A stretch of 55,868 nt of DNA, counting the filler, from Platydemus manokwari (lineage: Eukaryota): assembly GCA_037951405.1 (NCBI GenBank). It is 5 parts of 5 records of this genome, joined end to end, with 100 filler letters (N's around TTAATTAATTAA, not from the genome) between each part and the next. Parts side by side here need not be neighbours in the genome. Positions count along the whole stretch, not along the records: positions 13,297 to 24,211 come from JBBMOY011065520.1; positions 24,312 to 35,275 come from JBBMOY011016635.1; 3 more parts are not named here. The stretch is one strand, 5' to 3'. Positions 16,370-28,300 of the stretch are shown piece by piece. Numbering within the stretch: the stretch's first letter is position 1; every line of letters begins with the position of its first letter. Both the position numbers and the translations under genes were made by a program. The notes under the pieces were generated by a model. It saw only the letters and a list, made by a program, of their open reading frames with translations, was not told the DNA's origin and did no database searches.

Positions 16370-19300
16370 TTAGATTTGCTCTAGCGTTTGCAAACCGTCA
16401 TAAATTCTCGACCATAAGTCTTTTGTACATTTTCTGTTTATTTTAATTTTTTGCAATATCTCCACCCAATTCAGATTGGGATCAGTGGCGGGTAAAGATC
16501 TTTGAGCTCTAAAGGCGTCCAATATTAATTCGACTAATGAGTCCCAATCACGAGGACCTTGGCCTGTTTGCTGGAGTCGCTTGTCAATTAATTTTCGGAA
16601 TCTACATCAAATAAAAGGTTTTTTTGAGATAAATCTTGAATAATAGTAAAATATAATATTAATAGAATCTAAATATATTTAACATCAGAGTTGGAATCAA
16701 ATCTGTTTATCATCACAGTTTGTGTATTGATTTGGAATAAATTTCAAAGCCAAAAGAATAAACTTGGAATATTTACAACAGATTGCCAACATTTTAGCTT
16801 CATGGCTTCTTAAAAGCATTGTTATATGTACCTACTTGATATAATCTGAAATCGAACTTCAGATTAATTAATTAAAACGACTAGTTGATTTTATCTTGTA
16901 ATTTATTGGATAAAATTAATTCTAATAAATATCTTTCATTTTAATCATTATTAAACTCAAACGAATTGTGATTATCAAAATCGATTCCTTCTGAAATTCG
17001 ACATAATGTCTAGAACGAATAATTAGCGGAATATTTCAATATTGATTGAACCATACATTTCCTTGTTATGAAATCAATCCGTGAATTTAATGTTTTACAT
17101 TCGACTGATGGTAAAGATTTTCATTTAATCGCTTTCTACTACAATTATAACTGCCATTTCGATTACCAATTACTTGATTGTTGCAATTTATACTTGTAAC
17201 CATATTTTCTACTTTTCATTTTTTTCATTTACAATTTCTCCAAAAATTAGTATTCGAGAATCATAGTGAAAAGTTATAATTATTTCCTTCTTTACATCAA
17301 ATTCATGTGAGTTTTACGTAGAGTCATCTGAAAGATTTTGATAATCATAATTCTCTCTTTAATTTAATCATCTTAAATGGTTAAAATGAGAGAATTGTAT
17401 TATAATAAATTTTATCTAATAAAATCAATAAAATTAATTTTTTCATTCGTTGCTTGTGTATCCGGTTTGTATAAGTAACTCGCTAAATGGATTCCTGTAC
17501 GAAACTAATGAGTAGAAACGGCTTCTAAACCGGTCTACTGTTAGACAATCTGTTGTAAACAGTAAAGATTCAATAATCAACCCATGATTAACCCTTGCAT
17601 TTATAATTGATTGTAGCGATTACAGTGATTATTATTTTATAATTACTCAATGATACGCTGGAATATTTGAGAAATTAAAAACACAAAAAAGAATTACAGA
17701 GAATGAAGCCGATTGATCATTTTATGAACCAGTTCAATTCCAGCTTGAGCAGGGTTGATGGGTATTGGTAGATTGAATGAATTATGAGCATGATTGTTTT
17801 GAAGTGGTTGATTGACGTTGTGAGCATTATAATTATTAGGAGAATGATGCAACCCAAGACCTGATAATGATGCGAATGGAAGTCCATTGTTGGTTCGCAT
17901 TACAGTATAATTTGTGGGCATTGGCAATAACATTCCCTGCTGCCTAGAGCCTTGCATAAATGCAGAACCATGATGATTACCAGAAATGGAATTTGGCATT
18001 AAATTCGTTGGTCCTGAAGAACAATTGGGAGCTGATGAGACAAATTCCGACATGTTCATTGGGGTCAAATTGTAAAATTCCATCACTTCACCAATAATTT
18101 CTTTCATTAAGAATGGGTTTTGAATGAACTGAGAAATAAGCATGCAATAACGATTGACTTCTTCTGCTCCAAGAAGCTTAGCCAATTTTATGGTCCATCG
18201 AATATTTGTATCATGATTCTGTGAGTCAACAGTTGACGAAGTAGGGTAGTCATTAATTTCAGATGTTGAAGAATTAAAAATCAATTGCCGACGAGAACTG
18301 TTAGAATTTGTGGAATTCGAGGGATTGCTGGGTGAATCATTAGAGTCGTTGGTCGAATTTTGAAGTTGCTTAAGAATGTGAATGGCTTTCATTGCACTAT
18401 TAAATGATCTCACTAAATAATCGTAAGCACGATTATCAGTAGTTTGAGATTGATATGTTGGAGGTTGCAATTGTACAGGCTGTTGAACACTAGCTGGTGA
18501 CTGATTGGCACTGCTATTATTAGAAGAAATTGTATTTTGTGTTCTCGTCGTGTTAGTTGGGAAAACATTGATAGTGGAAGGAAGAATATTTGAACCTGGA
18601 TGGGGTGTTTGTAATTGATGTTGAGATATTGATGTCGGTTGATAAAAATATATTTGTCGATGTTGAATATTAGCAACATTCGCTGGTCCAATATTTGGGG
18701 ATAAGCCACGTACAGGCATCAGTTGAAAATGTGATATGTATGGAGACTGACAAAGCAGATTGGATGACAACATTTGTGATGGAGCAATAGCATTTTGACT
18801 CGTTATTATGTTCCCATAAATCCATGCTAAAAAGAAAATGAATAAATCGAAAGAATGATCAGAAAGCTTAGTCCAAAAGTTAACAGAACTTCTACATTTA
18901 AAAATCGAGACTGACGAGATTATTGTAATAACAATAGCAAGTAAAATATCTGACAGGCAATATTATTGATTAGAATTGTATATATTATTAATTATATGAC
19001 ATCGTCATGTTAATAGAACATAAAGTATTATTAAATATCGGTCAATTTTACAAGTCGTATAAACAAAATCTGATATGTCTCTACCGTAATAAATTATTTT
19101 TCATTTCGAAATGGGAGCATAAACCCGGACAAAATTTCAAGTCGATAATTAGAATTGTAATAGTAAAACAATAGAATTTATATCAATACATCGAGGAAAT
19201 ACTAGATAATTTGAAGCATATTATTACCAAATTGTCGAGAATAACAAATATTCAATACAAATCACAGGTCATAGATTCTATTCAATGATTTCCGAATTAT

Positions 19301-22300
19301 AGAAATCAAGACATAATTGAATTTAATTAAGATTTATCATTAATTTGATAATATTGTTAAGAATGCAAAATGAATATCTTTTTAAAAGTTTCCCCCGTGA
19401 TAAAGAGCGATAAAAAATGTATCGAAACAAAAGGGATTAACAATAAACTGGTAATATTAATATTAGGATTAAACCAATCAATTATCATAGGAATAAATTT
19501 GAGATTATGTTTATAATCCTTGAAACTGTTAAAATTTTATCGGAAAACTTACAATGGCTTCCATTGCCTGCATGACTGACAAGAGGCAACGAAGATCCAT
19601 ATGACCCAGTAGGAAACGGTCCTCCTGGAAGCTGAGTAGTTTGTGACATAAGCAAATTTGGAATATTGTGCGGATTAATAAACTATTAAATAAACACAAA
19701 CCAATTTAATTCAATAAAATAAAAAAGGGAAAATCACTTGAGGAATTGCAGGCATCAAATTTGTTTGATATTGACCAATGTTTGTTTGGTTGAACGTGGT
19801 TGGATAGGACGGTGATGTTGATGGGAGATTACATAGTGCAACTGTAGACTGCGATGTTGTGGTCGAAATTGTCTGAGTTGTCGAAGGTACGGTTGTTGAT
19901 ATAGTACTTGTAGTGGTATGGAATGAATTCTGTCCCACTTCACCTTTATGAAGTTGAAACCATGCCTGAGCTAAATGGAAATAGATGATTGGCTGTACAC
20001 CTGATAAAGAATTGTTAGCGCCACTTTCAACAGACAATAAACCACGCTCCAACATTTCGCTTGACTGATCACTACATTGACGTAAACCACGTAATATTTG
20101 ATTTGGGTTTAAAGTTGAACTCTCGGCCAAAACTGCGAGACATAATTCTGCACCAACTCGACTCATTTGTGTATCACGTCGCCTTGAAACTCGATATGCG
20201 ATTTCTGCAACTTCTGACGGATTTAAATGATGCCTCCAACTGTGTAGCAAAACACATGCAGCAGGTACACCGAAATCGACAATTTGAGTAGAAATCCAGG
20301 CAACATGACTGCTATATGTTCGACTTTGCCAAAGAGGGTTCAAGTTATTATACAAGCCTAATGCATAAAGACCCAATTGAAAAGCACATAGCTGTAAGTT
20401 ACGCTGAGCCAAATGATTAGACGTGGAAGATGCTCCTGAGTGAGGATTAGAACCATGATTAACACTAGAATTTGTATTATTATTGTTCACACGGAAGACT
20501 GGAGTAGATGAATCATCAGGAATACCAGCCTTTTGCAGAACGGTTTGGGCTAATTCAAACATATGGTGTGCCAAGGATTCTGTTACAATTTCAACATAAT
20601 CTACTTTCTGATCAACAAAACAATTGTTATCATTTTTATTAATAGATTCTGGAAATTCCTTATTTGAATTTTGAGATTCTTTCGAAGCGTTGTTAGAACT
20701 ATTCATTTCACACAAGAAAGGGGATGATGATGAGAGTTGTGGAGAAGAAGAGCCAGAAATTGATGTTGACCTACTAGAATGAGACGGATCAACTACTGCT
20801 TCTGATACAATTTCTGTAGGGAGATCAACAGATATTTTATTGCTAGATTCGTCATCTGTTGCTAGGAGATCATTTGTGTCTGATACTTTGTTTTCAATCT
20901 GTTCTCCGCCACAAGGTACACCATCGGTTATAATCTTATAAAGTATGGCTTGTTGACTGTTGGGAAAAATACGCTTTCGAATTGTCGTAGGTGAATTGTC
21001 ACTACTTTCAGTCGTTTCAGGAGCACTGCTGTCTACAGCAGCCATTCCAGTAGAATGTTGATTAAGTAGACGTTTAGAATTGGTGAAACAGCGAAATTTC
21101 TGTTCCCAAACCTATTCAAAATAAAATACAGTGTGATCAATATTATGCATTATATGCTTGATATTGAAACTTGATAAATAAAAATTATAAGAACAATATT
21201 TTAACATCAAATTAATAAATTTATTAAAATGGGGTACACTTGATTTAATATCATTAGATTTAGTCAAGAAAATTCGGATATTAGTTTTAATATTTACTTC
21301 ACAGCCAGATCAAAATTTGAATAAAGTCAACTAAAAATTATATTATAAATTTCATTATTCGTTTCGAATTGATAATAATATATAATTTATGATATTATGC
21401 AATAAAATATTAATGAAGATGAAAACAAAATCAATATCATCGAAAATTCCAACCAAACAATCAACCGGTTTCACAGTCTTTTCTACTTCTCAATATTGCG
21501 AAAGATCTAAAATATCTATCTGTTACAATTACGTTAATAATAAATTCAAGCACAAAGACATTTCACTAAATTTCATAATCAAGTTCCCATTGGACAATGT
21601 TGTCATGGCATTTTGATTCCATATCACAATAACTATCAAATGAAATTAAATATACCTATTCCAATATGAGAACTGATATTATGGTAATGATGTTTTGAGA
21701 TGAAGATTTTGTGATCCTTTTTGACATACATAAAATGAGTGATGTTATGTTAACATAAAAATGTAAGAAATAAGAATAAAATTACAAAATAAAAATTGTT
21801 TCATTTAATTGATTTATAGATAATTTCAATCCATACAACAAACCTTTTTATCCGTAATTGATGTCTCACTATTATCATCTTCCAGTGCGGAACTGTCTGT
21901 GTCGATAAATTGAATTGTTTTCTCGTTTCTAGATTTTGAAATTTTACATTGTGGCGAATGCAATTTGACTGTTTTTTCAGGTTTTTCCGGTTTTTGAATT
22001 GATGCCGCATTCGAATAAATTAATGGTGCTACATAACTATTGGTAGAACTGACAATATCTTTGTGATATGAATTATTGGTATCGATAGTATTTCCAAAAG
22101 CCTTATTCAACATATTTTGATTTATACTCTTACCGAGTTGTATTGGTGGGTCGTTGTTGACATGAACATTCGTCTCAAATATTTCATCATTATCCACAGA
22201 ATTTTTTATGGGACTAATCAAATTCTGTGAATAATCGGGCAAAGCTGACGAACCCGGAAGTCCAGAATTGTCTAACGATTCAATTAGTTTGTTTAGAGGA

Positions 22301-23486
22301 TTAGAAAGGTAAAATTTCAAAGGAGCAGCTTTAAAATGAGGATTCAAAAGTGGATCTAACAACTGGTTGAGTATCTAAATTGTAAACAAGTGATAGTGAT
22401 AAATATTCAAAATTCATGAAAATAAATAAATAATAAAACACGCAAGAGACATGTGAAGCATGGAGATTTTAATGTTGACATGTAATACAAGTGCTAGGAT
22501 TGAAAGAATGATTTCCTGATGTTTTGAAATTATTGTTACATAATTGATATCTTTATTTTGAGATTGAAATTAGCAACGACAACTCAAAATCAAGAAAAGA
22601 AATCTAAATCATGAAATTGTAAAATATTTTTTCTTAAAAGTAATGATGTGAAGATTTAGTAATTATCATTAGAATAATCATGCCTAATCCAGAACCATTT
22701 CCCATGGGAAACACAATCAAAGAAATAATAATGATAAAGCCGCGAAAACTGGTGACAAAATAAAATAAACAGAACTAATAATAATAATGAAATAAAATAT
22801 TAAATGTTTATTGTTAACTAAAATATATAATAATTATTTATGTTGCAAATAAAAGTATCAAAAAAATACTTTCATCAAAGCCGCTAATAAAACTCTCAAT
22901 ACAGAAAGAATTGTTTATATATTTATATATTTTCACACTGGATAATAAAATTATATATATAATATTAATAGAAAATACACAGATCATTTCATGACAATAA
23001 TAATAATATTAAAATTATTTTCTTATGATAATAGTGCATCCATTTTCTAATCGAATCGTTAAACAATTATTTGCCAATATATCCAGCCATTATACACAAA
23101 TAGTTTTGATGATTTGATATCCAACTATGTCGGAATTCTTTGATTCATTGGATTCAATATCAATAATTGGATTATTATCATAATATTAAATGTTCTCAGT
23201 TTTCTTTTAAATATTTTTTTTTAAAATATTATTAGAAATCTTAAATATTTCTGAGACATGAAATATTTTTCAAATTAATAAAAATAATAACATACCATTG
23301 TCAATTTATCAACATCGTCCTTGTAAACATTGAAAAGGAAAGCCGCGAATTCATCCCTTAAACGTCTCTGACCTTCAACAAGTAATGGATTGACTTTTTC
23401 TGGTATTTTGGATTTCATTCCCAGAACTGAGAGAGCACTTTCAAATCCCAAATTGATATCATAACTTGATTCATTGGGAATATCAT
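16370..23486 (-). CDS. ZSWIM8: ZSWIM8 (EBAX-1/Dora) homolog, 3' exons only
   Basis: Phase-consistent GT-AG exons at 23486-23296, 22374-21844, 21111-19738, 19682-19553, 18826-17698 and 16601-16370. Motifs resembling ZSWIM8: LGFESALSVLGMK..NPLLVEGQRR..YKDD, TGMAAVDSSAPETT, RNLQLCAFQLGLYALGLYN, SRTYSSHVAWI, HLNPSEVA and the C-terminal RKCTKDLWSRI. The N-terminal SWIM region is absent because the segment ends at a spacer. Confidence 0.9.
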
Positions 23487-24081
23487 CTTAAATTTTAAAT
23501 TTCAAAAATGATTGAACATGGAAAATATTTTTTATAAATTTGTCTCGGTTAGAAGAATTATTCGACTCTAATCCCAACACTGGATAAGTTCTACTCGTAC
23601 ATTAAGTCCTACTATAATTACATTAAAATTAAATAATTATTATTTGATTATTAAACTTTAGAATAACCTATGAAATGATTCGATATTTATTTAAAATGAA
23701 TACATTAATCTACTCAAAATTGTCTATTTTATTAAAAGCTCTTTCAGTATATTCTTCTGTTTGTACCAATTTCTTCTTAAGCATTGTTTCCTTGTTTTAA
23801 TCATTTTACCTCAATTAAATATCCAACAATATTGAATACTTCACTTTCATGAAAGATAATTATAATCTATGAAAAAATTCTATTTCTACAAATTTAATTT
23901 GGTCATAAGTATCAAATAAAATAAAACTTTTCTAGTAAATAGATAGATACTTCATGGCTTCTATTTTTTCTAACAATTCGATAATTATTTAATAAAATAT
24001 GATTCAATGGATCAATGTATATAATCAGTAGTAACTAATTCGCTCTTTATCTCATCAGGATTTTAATTGTAATCTCAAATG

Positions 24082-24211
24082 TATTAGGTTGGTGCAAAAA
24101 TAATGGCCGTTATCTAACAGCAACTTTAAAAGATTATAACTCGCTTAAAAAATAAGTTTATTAATCAAAATAAAGCCCATTGGATTCGATACATTTCTGC
24201 CAACGAGACAA
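24082..24211 (-). mobile_element. 3' end of a mariner transposon (Hsmar1/cecropia-like), cut by a spacer
   Basis: TA followed by TTAGGTTGGTGCAAAAATAATGGCCGTT, close to the Hsmar1 TIR. The minus strand of 24211-24161 reads LSRWQKCIESNGLYFD*, a mariner transposase C-terminus. Confidence 0.9.
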
Positions 24212-24311
24212 NNNNNNNNNNNNNNNNNNNNNNNNNNNNNNNNNNNNNNNNNNNNTTAATTAATTAANNNNNNNNNNNNNNNNNNNNNNNNNNNNNNNNN
24301 NNNNNNNNNNN
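24212..24311. other. Artificial 100-bp spacer
   Basis: Same structure as 13197-13296. Confidence 0.95.
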
Positions 24312-24530
24312 AAGGTTCTCACGGTCTCTGTGAGATAACCACAGTCAATTTGTTTTTATAAAATTTTGAACGAGCTAACCTGCGTGAACATTTGATTGTA
24401 TTTTTTGTCATTTCGCAATAAAATTTGTTATAAATCTTTTGTTGTTGTTATATACGAATAAAAATAAAGGGACTCACGCTGTTGAGTTGTTTCTAACAGC
24501 AACTAAATAAACATCAACCACAACCCAACA
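24312..24530 (+). mobile_element. LTR-like 3' end, copy 2 (diverged relative of copy 1)
   Basis: Same order of blocks as copy 1: GGTTCTCAC..GTGAGATAACC, GAGCTAA, AATAAA, ACTCACG.TGTTGAGTT..AACAGC, CCAACA. Confidence 0.6.
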
Positions 24531-25330
24531 AATTGATAAAATGAATGAATGAAAATAAGCAAAATCTATCTCTATAAAACAACATAATTCTAAAATTATG
24601 AAAAATTCCTTAATATTAAATAAGATCAATTTAATTATAAAACTTTTGTGTTTGAAATTTATTGATATTTTCAGAGATTTGTGATTTTAATGAGATTTTC
24701 ACTGTAAAAGAATTTCCGACAGCTTCTTTATCTTGTTTGGTGATTAATTTTGTACCTTTAGTAATAATATAAATATGAAAGTCTAAACAAAATATATTTT
24801 TATCAGTTAACTGCGTTTATATCGAAAATCGATTCGATTGATAAAATGGCCATATATTACACTGAACAATCAATAAATGATTCAAAATATTATTATACTG
24901 CTATATAATTGAGTGTTTTATTCCTTGTTCATTTCTTAAGTGTTGTCTCAAAGAAATAGTGAAGGACTAATGCGAGTCAAATAAGCCGATATTTCTGGCT
25001 AATTCATGTCAGTAAAAATCAATCAAACTAGATATGGCGAAATTCCGATGATCGGATCTAATGACAATGTTTAAACTCCAATCTGGCAAATCACAGAGCT
25101 TGAATTTTTTTATAAAAGATTATAAAAAGACAAGGTTAGAGAAAACATTATTGGTAAATTAAATGTGATGTAAGACAACAATGAGGATGATCGAACATGT
25201 TAAGCAGACAAAATTTATTTAATATACAAAATAATTGAACAAAACTATCGATTAGGAAACAAAAAAATCAGTTATATTTCTACTCGATAAAACTAGCCTC
25301 GCAATTTTCAATGCTGGCGATGAATTTTTC

Positions 25331-28300
25331 TCATTTAATTTTCAACCTCAATATGATAGCTTTCATAAAAGCTGCAGCAGCCAACGAAGCATACGGCTGC
25401 CATAATCCTCCAGTGCTACCGTCAATATAATCGGCAATGCCTCGAATTAAAGCAAAACTACCGAGACCGTTTCCTTTGATCGAATCAAGTACCTGTATTT
25501 GAAAAAAAAATAAAAACGTCACTGAAAATTAATACCTATTTTCAATAATTCATCTCTGATGAAAAAAGCAAGATTTTTTCAGTTATAGAAAATTTAATTT
25601 TCCATAACAGATCATATTATTGTTTAATAGTTTTCCCTCCAATTATTCACACAGTTATCATATAAAATAAAAGCGTAAAATCTGTCATTTTTGTTCATTG
25701 TTAAGCTGGTTAATATGTTAGCGCAGATGATATCACAGAAAACAATGTCAACAACATTCCAGTTTTACTGATCTTCGGTGTTGAATACTCTAATATTTAC
25801 ATATGCTACTATTTGTAATTCTATAAGTAATAAGACAAATGATAATCACATTTAAACCATAAATTCACATATAAATTTCCTATTCATTTATATCGATTAT
25901 ATCTCGTTGTTGCGCATGAATCAATCAATAGATTGACAATTTATCAAAAATCACAGAAACAAATACTCCAACAGAATGAGAATACATTGAGTTGCGTGAG
26001 ACAATAATTCGACTGGAATGAAAAAAAAATCGGCTTAAAAAGGGATAATTTAATGAACTCTCGTGCATTATATAATTTCGAAATCTATTTGTAATGACAT
26101 TTTTTTATCGTGTTTTAAGTTTTTAAAATTCAATTTTAGATCAAAAAAGAATAAAAACAGAGAAATTCTATCAGAAAAAAACAATGTTTTAAGCATGTCT
26201 CGGTTATTCGAATTCACAAAGCACTGACAATGATTTACAATGATAACCAAAATTGGAAGGCTCCTATAAAACTTCCAATAAAAATTAAAATTGATTGATC
26301 CGGGATTCATTCATCATCAATGAAATATGAAAAATATAATTATCAATTTTAATAATTAGTTTCCTGTTATTTCCTAAGATTGTCACATCTCGACTTGATG
26401 AAAGCTGATTTATTTACTTAATACTTTTAATATCTCACATTTTATGATGTCGAAAAGAAACTAAATAGAATTACTAAACCAAATTCCTATTCTAATCGCA
26501 ACACTCCTATATGATTTTTTGAGTTTTTAAATTTATTTTTATAATTATAAACCGAGTTAGTTAATTACAGATATGCTTAATAATATCATTGCTTATTTTT
26601 ATAAAATAATTGTAAAAATTGAGAATATCTCTCAATAGCTTCTAATGTTAAAAAGGATTCCTCGCTGATTTTCAATAAATTGCAATTCGACCTACTTTTT
26701 TCATTTTTTCTAATAATCAAATTTTATGAGATTTTTAATCTCTAGTTTATTTAATATTTGATTTCAAACAACTAAAATTCTTCTTCAATACTTGAATAAA
26801 AAATTCAAAATATTTTTAAAGAATATAATTAAATAAACTATATAGAATTTTGCAATACACTCAACAAATAAAATAAATTATTTTAGGACCACTTAACTTT
26901 TTTTTAATAATTGGAGACAAGCAAAATTAGTTGTGTAAAATATCAATATTAAAATCATTACACGATTATACAAACGATGATTCCAATGAAATTTGATCGA
27001 TTGTTCCAATTATGAATCGATTGATGTTAAAAAATCTTTAAATGGCAAAATATAATCCATTGATGAAAATACAATGATTTGATCAGAATCAATTGATCGT
27101 TTAAGATAAAAAATACATTGATCAGTTAAAGATTTTTATTATCTAGGTTATGATATTGAGATAAACACACACACAGTATAACACATATTTGCCAACAAAT
27201 CTTCACAATAATAAATCAAAACCTAGGAACAAAGACAAAAGTAAGGATTTTTCCAAATATCATGGTGTTAATAATAGTGCAAAATGTAGTGACAGTTATC
27301 TCCAGCTGTATGAATTTGTTTTTCAATTGATTATATCATCGATTATTTAAGATCATTCATATCCAGAGTGTAATTGTCCCCCCCCAAAACCCTAATGTAT
27401 TTGATAAAGTCAATTATATTAAAAGATAAAGAGAGGAATTTGGCATTTATTTAATTATAACTATCGATTTACCTGGTCATATTCCGAGTCATAAGCCAAC
27501 AAGCAATGCTCTTTCGAAAATCTGTCCCTATTAACATCCACATCGGTTACCGGTCGTCCTGAACCAATGCTACCCAATCTTACAGCAGGAAGATTTGGAA
27601 AGTAGAAAGGTTCTTGATCTTTTGGAACTTCTGGGTGTTTCATATCGAAGACGACTTGGTCAGACACCTAGTATTATATTTATTCATTATCACCACATTA
27701 TTTTCATCGATACCTTCAATTTTAGTTTGTCCGTATCAGCCGGTGGTCTACTGAAATCAATGTCAGCCATTTTGAGTTCTGGTAATGCTTCCTGCATATA
27801 ACGGTGCCATTCACAAGTGCTGGGATCACTTACAAACTTCTCGAGAACGTCGTCTATTACTCTAAATAATTTTTTTATATGGACAATAGTAAAAGATCAT
27901 TATCCGAACCTTTCCAGGGTCTCATCTTTGATTTTAAAATCTTTGATTTCAAATACAGTCGACTTGTTTTCTTCGTTTGTCCATGTTTTTTCGCAAAAGA
28001 TATACACAGATCTACTTTCGTTCGGATACGAAACGACAATATCTCCAAGACGACTGTGTTTATCAAATTCATACATATGAGGGACACTGCCTCCAACACC
28101 AACAATGAGAACATGCTGTACATCTTGGAATGTGCCTGTACGAGCGAATGAAATAATGCCATTACCACATCCATCAAAAATATTAACAACACATTAAACC
28201 TTCTATCATAAATGTATTATCAACACTGTACAATGGGGTACATTACATATAAGTGTACTTAAACGAATATCATCATTAAGTACTTCATTTCAATAACAAT

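Noticed and set aside
17500-17540. Hammerhead-like CTAATGA..GAAA..GTC
   Set aside because: The core is not CUGANGA, there is no stem II, and stem III is out of register.
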